A DNA stretch of 64,000 nt from Octopus sinensis (lineage: Eukaryota), in the NCBI RefSeq assembly GCF_006345805.1, contig NC_043018.1, positions 8,308,001 to 8,372,000 on the forward strand. The letters run 5' to 3'. Under the pieces are notes generated by a model. That model did not search any database. It worked only from the letters and a program-made list of their open reading frames with translations, and was not told the origin of the DNA. The translations under genes were made by a program, and so were the position numbers. Shown piece by piece: positions 25,370-38,647 of the stretch (the first letter of the stretch is position 1; each line of letters begins with the position of its first letter).

Positions 25370-25629
25370 CTACTTTATTATTTCCCCTTCTTCCTAGCTC
25401 TCCTGTGTGACCCCTCTGTTTAAAGGGGTCACACTATTTGCTTTGATAGATTGCTAGCCACTACACATTCTTTATTTTCTGCCCTTGTTTCTTTCTGTGT
25501 TCCTTCCTGTGAAAGAGTTTAGGCTCGAAACATTAAAGACTTCTTCACTTCCTGAGCATTAAACTAATACATCTGTTTGTTGTCTACACCATCTGTCTTT
25601 TTCTCTTGTTTTTTTGTGAATTCTTCCCC

Positions 25630-25632
<3 letters not shown>
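25370..25632 (+). mobile_element. PLE-like terminal repeat with hammerhead-like motif, followed by (TA)n
   Basis: ctgtgaaagagtttaggctcgaaacattaaag; homologous to 61727-61915 (-). Confidence 0.6.
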
Positions 25633-25689
<57 letters not shown>

Positions 25690-25691
<2 letters not shown>

Positions 25692-25906
25692 AGGGGGTGC
25701 TGAAAAGTTCCAAACTTTAAGGGTATCATGAAAAGCCTGGTTGGAGGATCAACCTTCCAGTTCTTTTGCAGGACTTAGAAAAACTGAAGGACCGCTGCAA
25801 TAAGTGTGTGAATCTCAGCAAGGGAAGATGCTGAACAGAATCATAATTAACTGAACCTCCTGTATTTTCTTTTACCCAAAGCCAGGAACTTTTCAGTAAT
25901 CCCTCA
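25690..25906. mobile_element. mariner-derived MITE
   Basis: TIR caagggggtgctgaaaagttcc / ggaacttttcagtaatccctca, TA flanks; a lone right TIR also at ~727-763. Confidence 0.75.
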
Positions 25907-25910
25907 TATA

Positions 25911-27153
25911 CAGGGTACGGTGAATAAATTGTCATCTAAATTGGAAATTACACAGACATCTCATTTCAATAGATGTATTTACCAAAATTACATTAAAATG
26001 TCTCAAAATACTAAAGAGTAAATGTATTCAATAAAATTGCCATTAGCCTCCAGATGACTTCAGAATCTCTTGCAACTCTTCTGGACAGTCTGTTTAGGTT
26101 GGTGATGCTGCCATAATCCTTGCCTTCAGTTCATCTTTGGCATATCAAGGAGTTTTGTTGGTCTCTCGCTCAACTATGCCCAACACATAATAATCAAGGA
26201 TTTGCAGTCTGCGGAGTTAGGTGGCCAGATGTTAGGGGTGGTGTGGTTTTAGAAATTGTCTGGCAGCCATGTCTGGGTTCTCCTGCTTTTGTGGCATGCT
26301 GCAGAGTCATGTTACCAGACATAGGGTCTTCCAGCAGCCACCCTCTTGACCCAGGTCAACACTACCTCTTCCAGGTACTTGATGTAGGCCACCATGTTGA
26401 GTCTGAGGCTGTGTGGGAAGATGAACAGAAGCATAACATCACCAGTGATCATTCCAAACACAATGATGTTGACTGGATGTTTGATTTTTATCACTCTCTG
26501 TACATGTTTTGGGGACACAGAAAGCCAACGGTTGTTCTGTGTGTTCACCATCTGATCCTGACAGATATTTTTCTCGTCTGAGAAAAACCAAAGCATGTTC
26601 GGTTGAAGGGTATGCTTGAGCTTGTCCAAAAGCTTCATAGCACAGCCTCTCTTCTTGTCCTTGATGGCCTGGAACAAAAATTGGCCCTTCCTCATTTTGT
26701 ATGAGGAATACCAAATGTCTTCATGTACTACCTGATAAAAAAACTCAGTCACTCCCATGTCCCTGGTGATGGACTGGATGTCAATCATGGCTTGGATTTT
26801 GCCAAAAAATTCAGGAGTTCTTTTCTTATCAGAACAATCAGAGTGAGTTTTCTGAGCTGCCATTCCTTCATAATCACCATTAGACTCATCCAATTCTTCT
26901 GAATCCTCTGCACTGTGCTCAAATTGACACCCAAACACTCTGAAATGCTCGTATTGGAGCTTCCAATACAAATGCCAAGCAGTACAGCATGTCATTTCCA
27001 AATTACTGGCAGAGTAAATTGCATCATGGTGCTGTTTTTCTCACAGACGGTGCCCAACTGACCCTACTATACTGTCAACAAAATCAAAAACAAATAATGT
27101 GCATGCACGAAATTAAAAATATAGAATAGCAACAATTTACCCATTGCATCGTG
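25911..27153 (-). mobile_element. decayed Tc1/mariner (maT/DD37D-like) transposon
   Basis: Transposase ORF 26312-27001 with FFSDEK..NTQNNRW, downstream HDSAACH and LDY remnants; degenerate TIRs with TA flanks. Confidence 0.85.
26312..27001 (-). pseudogene. transposase pseudogene (DDD domain), stop/frameshifted
   Basis: LWFFSDEKNICQDQMVNTQNNRWL...YIKYLEEVVLTWV. Confidence 0.85.
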
Positions 27154-27688
27154 TATATATATATATATGCACACACACACATTTATATGCACTTGTATTT
27201 TTGTCTGTGTGTGTCTCTCCACTACCTCTTGACAACTGGTGTTGGTTTGTTTACATCCCCTGTAACTTAATGGTTTACCAAAAGCGATCAAAAGAATAAG
27301 TGAGAGACTTCAGAATAAATACTGGGATTGATTTGTTCAACAGAAACCCTCCAAGGAGGTGCCCCAGCATGGCTACAGTCTAATGACTGAAACAAGTGAC
27401 AGATGAAAGATATGTTCTTGTATATTGCTATAGGATATATAAACATAAACAGGATGTATACACCAGTGTATATAAACAGAACCACAGAACGAATCCTTCT
27501 TTGCTATTCCTGTTTCGGTCTTACATTTTACTTAAGAATGTTTTCGCTGTCAGAATAAAACTGTAGGAAACTTAATCAATAAAATCTCTAGTGAGAGCAT
27601 AAGTGTATTTATAAAATATGGTGAATATTTAATGTATTATCACTACCATGAAAAAATATAACAACTTCATCACCATCATCGTCATTAT

Positions 27689-28105
27689 TAAGGCAGCGAG
27701 CTGGTAGAATCGTCAGCATGCCGGGCGAAATGCTTAACGGTATTTCGTCTGCCGCTACGTTCTGAGTCCAAATTCTGCCGAGGTTGACTTTGCTTTTCAT
27801 CCTTTCGGGGTTGATTAAATAAGTACCAGTAACGCACCTGGGTCGATATAATCGACTTAATCTGTTTGTCTGTCCTTGTTTATCCCTCTGTGTTTAGCCC
27901 CTTGTGGGTAGTAAAGAAATAGGTATTTCGTCTGACGTTACGTTCTGAGTTCAAAATTCTGCCGAGGTCGACTTTGCTTTTCATCCTTTCAGGATCGATT
28001 AAATAAGTACCAGTTATGCACTGGGGTCGATATAATTGACTTAATCAGTTTGTCTGTCCTTGTTTGTCCTCTCTGTGTTTAGCCCCTTGTGGGTAGTAAA
28101 GAATT
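27689..28105 (+). mobile_element. SINE family A dimer
   Basis: Junction aaagaaataggtatttcgtctg at ~27914-27933. Confidence 0.9.
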
Positions 28106-28291
28106 AAAATTATTATTATTATTAAGGCAGTGAGCTGGCAGAAATGTTAGCATACCAGATAAAATGCTTGGCAGCATTTCATCATCTTTACGTTCTGAGT
28201 TCAAATCCTGCCGAGGCCGACTTTACCTTTCATCCTTTCAGGGTCAATAAAACAAGTACCAGTTGAGCATTGGGGTCAATGTAATCAACTT

Positions 28292-28775
28292 ATCAGTTCC
28301 AAGTAATGCTGACTTTTGCAATACATCTAGATTGTAGGGTATTTCTAACGTTTTTGGATGCTTTTTTTCAGATTGGGTAGTATTGAACCCAAGGCTCTGA
28401 TGACAACAGGGATAACCTTTATGTCTGATTCTTATAGATGCCACATCTTGTCAATCTCAGTTCTCAGTTCATCATATTTATCAACCTTTTCTCTTTCTTT
28501 CAGGATGATATATTGATCTCCTGGCACTGCAACATCAATTATCAGGCACTCTTGTTTGTCCCTCCTAAAGGTTACTATATCCGGCCTTCAGTGCTCTAAT
28601 ACCTTGTCTGACTGGAAGTCAAAGTCCCAGAGGATTTTTGCTTTCCCCTTTTTGTCATTACCTTTTCTGGTGTATGTTGGTACCAAGCACCTGTAACCTC
28701 ATATCCATACTTACAACATAGTAACCAGAGGAGGTTTTGGGCTACCTTGTCATGTCTACACTTGTGCTCTTTCTA
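28292..28775 (-). pseudogene. R4/Dong-like REL endonuclease fragment
   Basis: Minus-strand reading gives KILWDFDFQSDK, RPDIV, LIIDVAVP and LQKSALLGT; overlaps 23515-23890 in sequence. Confidence 0.75.
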
Positions 28776-28778
28776 CAC

Positions 28779-29135
28779 AATTATTATTATTATTATTATT
28801 ATCATTATTTATTATTATCATTATTATTTATTATTATTATTATTATTATCATTATTTATTATTATTATCATTATTTATTATTATTATCATTATTTATTAT
28901 TATTATCATTATTTATTATTATTATTATTATTATTATCATTATTTATTATTATTATCATTATTTATTATTATTATTATTATTATTAATATTATTATCATT
29001 ATTATTATTATTATCATTATTATTATTATTATCATTATTATTATTATTATTATCATTATTATTATTATTATCTTTATCATTATCATTATTTATTATTATT
29101 ATAATCATCATCATCATCATTATTATTATTATTAT
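28779..29135. repeat. (TTA/TCA)n microsatellite
   Basis: Direct reading. Confidence 0.95.
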
Positions 29136-30312
29136 TCATCATCATCATCATCATTTAGCGTCCGTTTTCCATGCTAGCATGGGTTGGACGGTTCTACTGG
29201 GGTCTGTGAAGCCAGAAGGCTTCATCAGGCCCAGTCAAATCTGGCAGTGTTTCTACGGCTGGATGCCCTTCCTAACGCCAACCACTCTGTGAGTGTAGTG
29301 GGTGCTTTTTACGTGCCACCCGCACTGGTGCCAGACAGAGCTGGCAAATGGCCACGAACGGATGGTGCTTTTTATGTGCCACCGGCACGAGGGCCAGGCG
29401 AGGCTGGCAACGGACACGAAACGGGGCGGTGCTGGCAACGGTCGCGAAACGGAAAGTTCTCTTACATGCCACCGGCACTGGTAACACATCTGCAATTTCC
29501 ATTGATCGATTTCCATTGATCGATTTCGATTCTGATCCTCACTTGCCTCAATGGGTCTTCACAAGCAGAGTTTCGACATGCCACCGGCACTGGTAGCACA
29601 TCCGCAATTTCCATTGATCGATTTCGATTCTGATCCTCACTTGCCTCAACACGTCTTCACAAGTAGAGTTTTGTGTCCCAAGAAGGGAAGGTATGCATAC
29701 GTAGGCTGGCTCCATCCCATGTAGAAGGCCACGGGTTGTGGACTCACTTGTCCTGCCGGGTCTTCTCGCGCACAGCACACTTCCAGAGGTCTCGGTCTCT
29801 AGTCATTTCCTCAGTGAGACCTAAAGTTCGAAGGTCGTGCTTCACCACCTCGTCCCAGGTTTTCCTGGGTCTGCCTCTTCCACAGGTTCCCTCAACCGCT
29901 AGGGTGTGGCACTTTTTCACACAACTATCTTCATCCATTCTCGCCACATGACCATACCAGCGCAAACGTCTCTCTTGCACACCACAACTGATGCTTCTTA
30001 GGTCCAGCTTTTCTCTCAAGGTACTTACACTCTGCCGAGTGTGAGTACCGGCATTACACATCCATCGGAGCATACTGGCTTCATTTCTAGCGAGCTTACG
30101 CATATCCTCAGCAGTCATGGCCCATGTTTCACTGCCATGTAGCATGGCTGTTCGTACACACGCATCATACAGTCTGCCTTTCACTCTGTGCGAGAGGCCT
30201 TTTGTCACCAGCAGAGGTAAGAGCTCTCTGAGCTTTGCCCAAGCTATTCTTACTCTAGCAGTTACACTTTCAGCACACCCGCCCCCGCTGCTGACTTGGT
30301 CACCTAGGTAAC
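29136..30312 (-). mobile_element. 5'-truncated RTE LINE with intact C-terminal ORF and long 3' UTR
   Basis: ORF 29744-30312 YLGDQVSSGGG..MLHGSETW..RLRWYGHV..GRGRPRKTW; tail (GAT)n; flanked by (TTA)n. Confidence 0.9.
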
Positions 30313-30336
30313 GTATTATTATTATTATTATAATCA

Positions 30337-30368
<32 letters not shown>

Positions 30369-30785
30369 GGTGATTCAAACTCTTCGTTACAAATCAGTGA
30401 ACCTAACAAATGGGACGAGAGATTTCCAGCACTACCAGCATAAATGTGGTCATGCTCTTATAACTACCTAAATGGGTGATATTAAACCTTTTGTGTATGA
30501 CACTTAGATGCAGTTTGTAGGTTAAAAAGATTTTTTAAAAGTTTGCGGTGTCAGCACTAGTAGCACTGATATTGTTTTGACGCCTACTTTCCCATACTTG
30601 CATGGGTCAGACAGAATTTGTCAAGGCAGATTTTCTATGGTTGGATGCCCTTCCTGTTACCAACCTTCAACTCTTTCTATATAAGAGGATTGGAAATGAA
30701 GGACACCACTTGCCCGATGATGGCACCTGTTTATAACTATCATAGAATATGAAGGCAAAGAAACAGTTTCTCTCTCTCTCTCTCT

Positions 30786-30817
<32 letters not shown>

Positions 30818-31024
30818 AATGCACACATCCACAAAAGTGGTGAACTGGCAGAGTCCTGTAAACATTTGAAAGAATTCTTTGTGACATTTGTTCTGACCTC
30901 TGTGTAGAGGTCAACTTTGTCTTGCATCATTTCGTAAATATAAAAACCAACAGAGGGTGGGTGGAATTGGTGAGATTGTAAGTGTCAGACTGGACATCTT
31001 GTGGTAGCTGCTCTAACTGTGTAG

Positions 31025-31071
<47 letters not shown>

Positions 31072-31164
31072 TGCACACACACATACACAAACACACACTG
31101 GGTATCTTTTAGTTTTCTGTTGACCAAATCAACTCGCAAGGCATTGGTCAACCCAAGGATTTAA

Positions 31165-31700
31165 TTATAATAATAATAATGAAATTACTGTGTATAGTGC
31201 TCAGGTGTACTACAACTCATCAAAGGTGCATGTACAGTACATAGAATTATGTACAAAAGTCAGGAAAGTGAACAGTGTATGAGTCATGATATATATGTGT
31301 GCATGTGTATGGAAGGAGGATATCAGGTGTAGTGTTGATGAATTTCAGGAAGCATGGAGGTTTTAAAGGATGCAATGTCTCAGCAACTAACAACTGATGC
31401 AGGTAGTTTTTCCATGCTTCAGCAACTCTGAGTGTGAAAAAATGTTTCTGAAAAGTCATGGGAGCTGTGCTGTTTTCTGACTTTGTAGGCATGCCCACAT
31501 GTGTTAGACACATGGAGCTCAAAAAGGTGTTCAAGGTGGTTGTTGGCACGATGGTTAATAGTTTTGTGGATGTTTACCAAGTCAGTTGCCAGATGTCAGA
31601 GCTTCAATGTATCTATTTCCAGAGAAGCAAAGCATTCAGAGCATGGTAGATGCCTGATGGAGGGTATTTGCTTGGTTGCACATCTCTGAACAGTTTCTAG
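31165..31700 (-). mobile_element. CR1-type LINE 3' fragment
   Basis: KHFFTLRVAEAWK motif; (ATT)n tail. Confidence 0.8.
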
Positions 31701-31734
31701 GAGGTCAATGTCCTATGGACACATAAGAGGTTCA

Positions 31735-32845
31735 GCAATATCAGAGGAAGGTTAACAAGAAAAACAGCTTTTGTGTGTGGAAGTTGCACAGGTACAATAA
31801 ACACTAAAAATGTACAGAAAACAGACTCCGTCAACTGCCAGTGGAGTAAGCTAGTGGTAGCAGATAGCTTCCATTATCTAGGCAACCAAGAGGTGGATGC
31901 TCTGAGAACATAGCTGTGAGAATAAGATTAGGATAGACAAAGTTCAGAGAGCTCCTGCCTTTGCTGGCAACAAAGGGCCTCCTCCTCAGGGTGAAAGGCA
32001 GATTGTATGATGCCTGTGTGCAAACAGCTATACTACACAGCAGTGAAACATGGGCTGTGACAGCCAAGGACATGCATAGACTTGAAAAAAACGAACCCAG
32101 TATGCTTCATTGGATGTGTTATGTCAGTGTGCATGTTTGACAGAGTTTAAGCATCTTGAGAGAAAAGTTGGGCATAGGAGGCATCAGATGTGGTGTGCAA
32201 GAGAGACGACTGTGCTGGTATGGTCATGTGATGAGTATGGACAAGGACAGCTGGGTAAAGAAGCACCAGTCACCAAATGTAAAGGGAACCTGTGGTAGAG
32301 GTAGACCCAGGAAGACATGGGACGAGGTGGTGAAGCATGATCTTTGAACTTTGGTCTCAGAAGGACCTTTGGCAATATGCTGTGCTTGAGAAGACCCACC
32401 AAACCAAGTGAAATCATAGTCATGTCTGATGCTGGTGTCACATAACTGGAACCCATGCCAGTGGCATGTAAAAGGCACCTTTCAAGGGGCCTCACGGGGG
32501 CAAAGTGGCCAATATTGGTAGCATGTGAAAAACACCTTTCAAGTATTGAGCCTTACAGAAGCAATGACCGAGACCTTTGGCACTATGTCATGCTTGAGAA
32601 GAAGAGCCATCAAGCCAAGTAAAATCACAGTTGTGACAGATACTGATGTCATGCAAATGGTACCCATGCTGGTGGTACATAAAAGCACTGATTGCACTCC
32701 CGGAGTGGTTGGTGTTAGCAAGGGCATCCAACCATAGAAACCATGCCAAATCAGACTGGGGTCTAGTACAGCCTTCCAGCTTGTCAGCCTTGGTCAAACC
32801 ATCCAGCCTGTGCCAGTATGGACAACAGATGTTAAATGATGATGG
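31735..32845 (+). mobile_element. decayed RTE LINE 3' portion
   Basis: REKLGIGGIRCGVQERRLCWYGHV..GRGRPRKTW. Confidence 0.85.
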
Positions 32846-33567
32846 TGATGATGATGATAATGATGATAGTGATGATGATGATGATGATGAGGAGGATGAT
32901 GATGATGATGATGATGGTGGTGATGATGATGATGATGATGGTGGTGATGATGATGATGATATATATACACATCATCATCATCATTCAACATCGGTTTTAC
33001 ATGGCATGGGTTGGACGTTTTGACAGGGGCTAGAAAGCCAAAAGACCACATCTGGCTGCACTGTCTGTTTTGGCATGGTTTTTACAGCTGGATACCCTTC
33101 CTAACATGATGATGATGAGAGAGAGAGAGAGAGAGAGAGATGCATACATGGCTATGTATTTAAGAAGTTTGCTTCCTACCATAATGGTTTGGGGTTCAGT
33201 CCCACTGCATGACGGCTTGACCAAGGTCTTCTACTACAGTCCCAAATCGATCGAGGCTAAATTTGGTTTGGCAGATGGAAGGTAAAGGAATACTATCATA
33301 TGCATATGTGTGTGTCCTTTCCTTCATATAGTGTGATAGTTGCAAATGAACGTCAGTCACACGCACACACAGTGTCATTCATTTCCGATATTCTTCAAGA
33401 ACATGTCAGGCCAGGGTGAAATATAACCTAGCTATGTAACAGGTGAAGATTTGGTGACAAGAAGGGTACCCAGCTGTAAAGATATCCATCTCAATAAACT
33501 CCACCAACCCGTGTAAGTATGGAAAACTGAATGTTAAAACAATAATCATGTGTGTGTGTAATGTATG

Positions 33568-33960
33568 CAGGAGTGGCTGTGTGGTAAGTAGCTTGCTTAC
33601 CAACCACATGGTTCCGGGTTCAGTCCCACTGCGTGGCACCTTGGGCAAGTGTCTTCTACTATAGCCTCGGGCCGACCAAAGCCTTGTGAGTGGATTTGGT
33701 AGATGGAAACTGAAAGAAGCCCGTCGTATATATGTATATATATATGTGTGTGTCTGTGTTTGTCCCCCTAGCATTGTTTGACAACCGATGCTGGTGTGTT
33801 TATGTCCCCGTCACTTAGCAGTTCGGCGAAAGAGACCGATAGAATAAGTACTGGGCTTACAAAAGAATAAGTCCCGGGGTCGAGTTGCTTGATTAAAGGC
33901 GGTGCTCCAGCATGGCCACAGTCAAAATGACTGAAACAAGAAAAAAGAAAAAAAAAGAAA
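33568..33960 (+). mobile_element. SINE family B
   Basis: Full head/core/tail. Confidence 0.9.
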
Positions 33961-34343
33961 TGTAGATAGATAAACATTCATACATTTGTGCCAATGTTGT
34001 GTAAGGTTGTTTCAAAATTAATGACTTTTTTTTTTAAATGTCATCATTTCAGTTTGGTTTAGCAACGTAATCATGTTTTGTCTAAATTGCATTTGCTATT
34101 TGAAAGATCAAAAAATATTGTTCTCATCGTTAAGGACCTTGCCCAACCCATGGTTGACCTTGCAAGTGTTAAAGATCTTCAGGTCACAGTTAAAAACGAA
34201 GCAACAGAAAAAAAAAGGAATACAATAGATTCACACCTAATTCTCCTGTATGTACGTTTAAACTTAACTCTGATGCCTGCTACTTACACCTGACTCCAAC
34301 CTTATCCAGACACGACTCACCTTTCAAGGTTAAAAATCCTTAT

Positions 34344-34760
34344 AGGCGCAGGAATGGCTGTGTGGTAAGTACCTTGCTAACCAACCACATGATTCCGGGT
34401 TCATTCCCACTGCGTGGCACCTTGGGCAAGTGTCTTCTACTGTAGCCTCGGGCTGACCAAAACCTTGTGAGTGGATTTGGTAGACGGAAACTGAAAGAAG
34501 CCTGTCATATATATGTATATATATATATGTGTGTGTATGTGTGTGTGTGTTTGTGTGTCTGTGTATGTCCCCCTAGCATTGCTTGACAACCGATGCTGGT
34601 GTGTTTACGTCCCGTCACTTAGCGGTTTGGCACAAGACACCGATAGAACAAGTACTAGGCTTACAAAGAATAAGTCCTGGGGTCGATTTGCTCGACTAAA
34701 GGCAGTGCTCCAGCATGGCCACAGTGAAATGACTGAAACAAATTAAAGAGTAAAAGAGTA
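34344..34760 (+). mobile_element. SINE family B
   Basis: Full head/core/tail. Confidence 0.9.
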
Positions 34761-34796
34761 ACCCATTCACGGTCCTATTTATAACAACAAACATAA

Positions 34797-35120
34797 AACT
34801 GGCACTCGGTCGGTTACGACAACGAGGGTTCCAGTTAATTCAATCAATGGGACAGCCTGCTCATGAAATTAGCATGTCTGTGGCTGAGTACTCCACAGAC
34901 ACATGTACCCCTAATGTAGTTCTCAGGGAGGTTCAGTGTGACACAGAGTGTGACAAGGCTGTTGCTTTGAACTATAGGTACTATGCATTTTTGCCAGCTG
35001 AGTAGATTGGAGCAACGTGAAATAAAGGGTCTTGCTCAAGGACACAACATGTCACTGAGAATTGAACTCACGACCTTGCAATTGTGAGCCAAATACTCTA
35101 ACCACTAAATCACATGCGTT
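34797..35120 (-). mobile_element. tRNA-derived SINE (family D-related)
   Basis: Related copies at 45318-45600 and 21780-22010. Confidence 0.7.
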
Positions 35121-35147
35121 CATAACAACAAACATACACAGCCAATA

Positions 35148-35563
35148 AGGCAGCGAGCTGGCAGAAACGTTAGCGCGCCAGGCAAAATGCTTAGCGGTAT
35201 TTCGTCTGCCGTTACGTTCTGAGTTCAAATTACGCCGAGGTCAACTTTGCCTTTCATCCTTTCGGGGTCGATAAATAAAGTAGCAGTTTCGCACTGGGGC
35301 CGATGTAATCGACTTAATCCGTTTGTCTGTCCTTGTTTGTCCCCTCTGTGTTTAGCCCCTTGTGGGCAATAAAGAAATAGGTATTTCGTCTGCCGTTACG
35401 TTCTGAGTTCAGATTCCGCCGGGGTCGACTTAGCCTTTCATCTTTTCGGAATCGATTAAATAAAGTACCAGCTTCGTACTGGAGCTGATATAATCGACTT
35501 AATCCCTTTGTCTGTCCGTGTTTGTCCCCTCTATGTTTAGCCCCTTGTGGGTAGTAAAGAAAT
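35148..35563 (+). mobile_element. SINE family A dimer
   Basis: Same junction; imperfect TSD atacac(a/t)gccaat. Confidence 0.9.
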
Positions 35564-36129
35564 ATACACTGCCAATGTATTTCTAGGAATTTTGAAAAAT
35601 AATTGAGAATTTGGAAGGAGTTAGTATAAACAGTTGTTGATATTCCACTGGTGTTTAATGTGGTGAGCTGGCAGAATGGTTACTGCACCAGACAAAATGC
35701 TTAGTGGTATTTCTTCCAACTTTACAGTCTAAGTTCAAATGCTGCTGGGGTCAACTTTGCCTTTCATCCTTTCAGGGTCGATAAAATAAGTACCAGGTGA
35801 GTGCTGGGGGTCGATGTAATCAAGTTACTTGCTGCTCTGAAACTGCTGGCCTTGGGCCAAAATTTGAAACCAATGTTACACTGGCATTTTGAACATGGCA
35901 GTAGAGTTTTTCTAATATTCAGTTATAATGGGAGGTTTGGATATGAGCAAGACGGTTTGTATCGCAGAGACAGAAATGTTCTTAAGTGGACTCACACGAA
36001 AAGAGTTTAAAATGAAATATAATTTTTTAAAAAATTATACACACACACACACACACACACATTTACATATGTAATAATAACTATGACTATAGTGCATGTA
36101 TATACAGCTGCATGCGTGCGTACATACAC

Positions 36130-36419
36130 ACAAGTACTGTCCAACTCTCCAACCAATCACATACAGCTAGCTGGCATTCGATTGGCGTATCGAGTTTCAG
36201 GTATTTTGATTAGGTTTTGGATAGAAAATTCACAAAAAGGTCACTTCTATTGATTTTTTTTAATGGCTTTGCGGGGAGACTGGGGAAATGTAAAGATGTG
36301 CATGACCACTCTTGGATGGTTTTGAATGACCATAGAAAGTGCGAGCCCTCTAACTGAAAAATTGTGGATTTGTATAAAGGACACACACACAGACATTTTG
36401 CCGTTTATATATAGAGAGA
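36130..36419 (-). mobile_element. Helitron-like 5' fragment
   Basis: Minus strand begins tctctctatatataaacggcaaaatgtctgtgtgt; no CTAG end seen. Confidence 0.5.
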
Positions 36420-36434
36420 TTATACACACACGCA

Positions 36435-36680
36435 CATGGTGGTTGTGTACTCCTTATGCAGAGTCTGAACCCTCTTGTACCTACTTAGATTTATCATGGC
36501 ATCTGATGTGGCTTCTTAAACCAAATAACGTTTTAAAAAGACACCCACCTAGATCGCATATCTGGTTTGGACCACCAAGAGCTGCAGTTAAGTTCTGATC
36601 TTTGTGGATCTTAAAATATCTTTTGAGGCCACCTTTAGATTTGCAGACCTTATGGCATACACACAGCATTGACAGGTGTG
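36435..36680 (-). mobile_element. RTE-type LINE extreme 3' end (C2H2-like tail)
   Basis: CHKVCKSKGGLKRYFKIH and GLRSHIRCH motifs like RTE C-termini. Confidence 0.55.
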
Positions 36681-36779
36681 CACAGATATATGCACATAGA
36701 CACATACATACACACATACATGTATATATATGTGTGTGTGTGTGTATATATACTCACAGCATAAATACATATATATATA

Positions 36780-37160
36780 TACTCTTTTACTTGTTTCAGT
36801 CATTTGACTGCGGCCATGCTGGAGCACCGCCTTTAGTCAAGCAAATCAACCCGGGACTTATTCTTTGTAAGCCTAGTACTTATTCTATTGGTCTCTTTTG
36901 CCAAACCGCTAAGTGACGGGGACGTAAACACACCAGCATTGGTTGTCAAGCAATGCTAGGGGAACAAACACAGACACAAACATATACACACACATACATA
37001 CATATATATATATACATATATACGACAGGCTTCTTTCAATTTCCATCTACCAAATCCACTCACAAGGCATTGGTCGGCCCGGGGCTATAGCAGAAGACAC
37101 TTGCCCAAGATGCCACGCAGTGGGACTGAACCCGGAACCATGTGGTTGGTAAGCAACTTT
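36780..37160 (-). mobile_element. SINE family B
   Basis: Core and tail match. Confidence 0.85.
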
Positions 37161-37228
37161 CCATACAGGATTGTCACAGTCAAGACTCGGCATATATTTA
37201 ACCATATTTTCATTATAACAATTCTCTT

Positions 37229-37430
37229 GCAGCACGGATTTTTGTCAGTGAACAGGTCGCGGTCTAATAGCGACGAAAATATTTTGACAAATTAAACTTA
37301 AATGTCGAAGTGAATCGAACGGCTTTTGTGTGTTTCTTAAATGGCTTACAAACACCTTCCACGCTGCAATTGTTTTCGTTCCAGCACACGATCTCAGATC
37401 AAATCACTTGCTATGCAAGTACATCTCTGT
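37229..37430. mobile_element. 202-bp insertion with 9-bp TSD, unclassified
   Basis: TSD aattctctt at 37220-37228 and 37431-37439; empty paralogous site at 43995-44036. Confidence 0.7.
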
Positions 37431-37454
37431 AATTCTCTTCTGTTTATCATTAAT

Positions 37455-37674
37455 CCCTTTAGCATTTAAACCAGCCGTATCTGGCCCAAATACTCTTCCT
37501 GTTTCATGTCGAAAGTGGTCAGATCTGACCTCTCACACCTACTCTACTATGTCCTTGTAAAAACAAACAATCACATTATTGAAATCTCAACACTATGAGA
37601 TAATGAATAATTACTTCAAAGCAGTGTGAATAAAAAAGCATTAAGTTTGACAGAGTAATCTCAATGCTAAAGGG
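37455..37674. mobile_element. piggyBac-like MITE (second family)
   Basis: TIR ccctttagcatt...aatgctaaaggg, imperfect TTAA flanks. Confidence 0.75.
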
Positions 37675-37809
37675 TCAAGGGTATTGCTACCCTAAATGGA
37701 TCGATGTACCATACCTTGCTTGTGCATTTCATTTTAGCTTGGCTTCTGTGACTTGGTGCCCTTTTGAACACCAACCACTTTACAGTGCACTTGGGTGTTT
37801 TTTAACTGA

Positions 37810-38356
37810 CACCCAGGAAGACATGGGATGAGGTGGTCAAGCATGACCTTCGAATGTTGCACCTCACAGAGGCAATGACGAAAGACTGAGACCTCTGAAG
37901 ATATGCTGTGACTGCGAAGACCCGACAAATAAAGTGAGTCCATGGCTCGCAGGACGGCCTGCTGTGCTTGAGGAGACCTATTGAGTCAAGTACATCGACA
38001 TCAAAATAAAAATCAAATGGAAATTGTAGTTGTGATACTCATGCCAGTGGTACATAAAAAACACCATCCGAACATGGTCGATGCCAGCGCCGCCCTGACT
38101 AGGGTCTGTGCTGGTGGCACGTAAAAAGCACCAACCGATCGTGGACATTGCCAGCCTCCTCTGGTCCCTGTGCCGGTGGCACGTAAAAAGCACCCACTAC
38201 ACTCTCAGAGTGGTTGGCATTAGGAAGGGCATCCAGCTGTAGAAACACTGCCAGATCAGACTGGAGCCTGGTGCAGCCTTCTGGCTTCCCAGACCCTGGT
38301 TGAACCGTCCAACCCATGCCAGCATGGAAAGCGGACGTTAAATGATGATGATGATG
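37810..38356 (+). mobile_element. RTE LINE 3' end and UTR
   Basis: PRKTWDEVVKHDLR remnant plus tail. Confidence 0.85.
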
Positions 38357-38647
38357 ACCAGTCTTAGAAGACATCCTGTTTTCAACAAGATAAAGGGATC
38401 CTTTTAACACTACACTCTTCACACTGAATAAGGTGATGACTGGCAGTGCATGGGGTGGGAGGAGTAGAGTGTATTGGGTACAATAAGTCCAATGTGGTCC
38501 CTCTTATATAGAGACTATGAAATGGGAAGGAGAGGGCAAATGACAAGGCAGATGGTCAAGGGAAAGAGAGTAGGCAGTTCCAATATGTTTCTTATATACA
38601 GACCTTAAGTTGGATAGGAGATGTCAAATGATGAAGGTGGTAGAATT

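Noticed and set aside
36481-36717. Host C2H2 zinc-finger gene
   Set aside because: Fingers are degenerate with no TGEKP linkers; it fits a LINE C-terminus followed by a short tail
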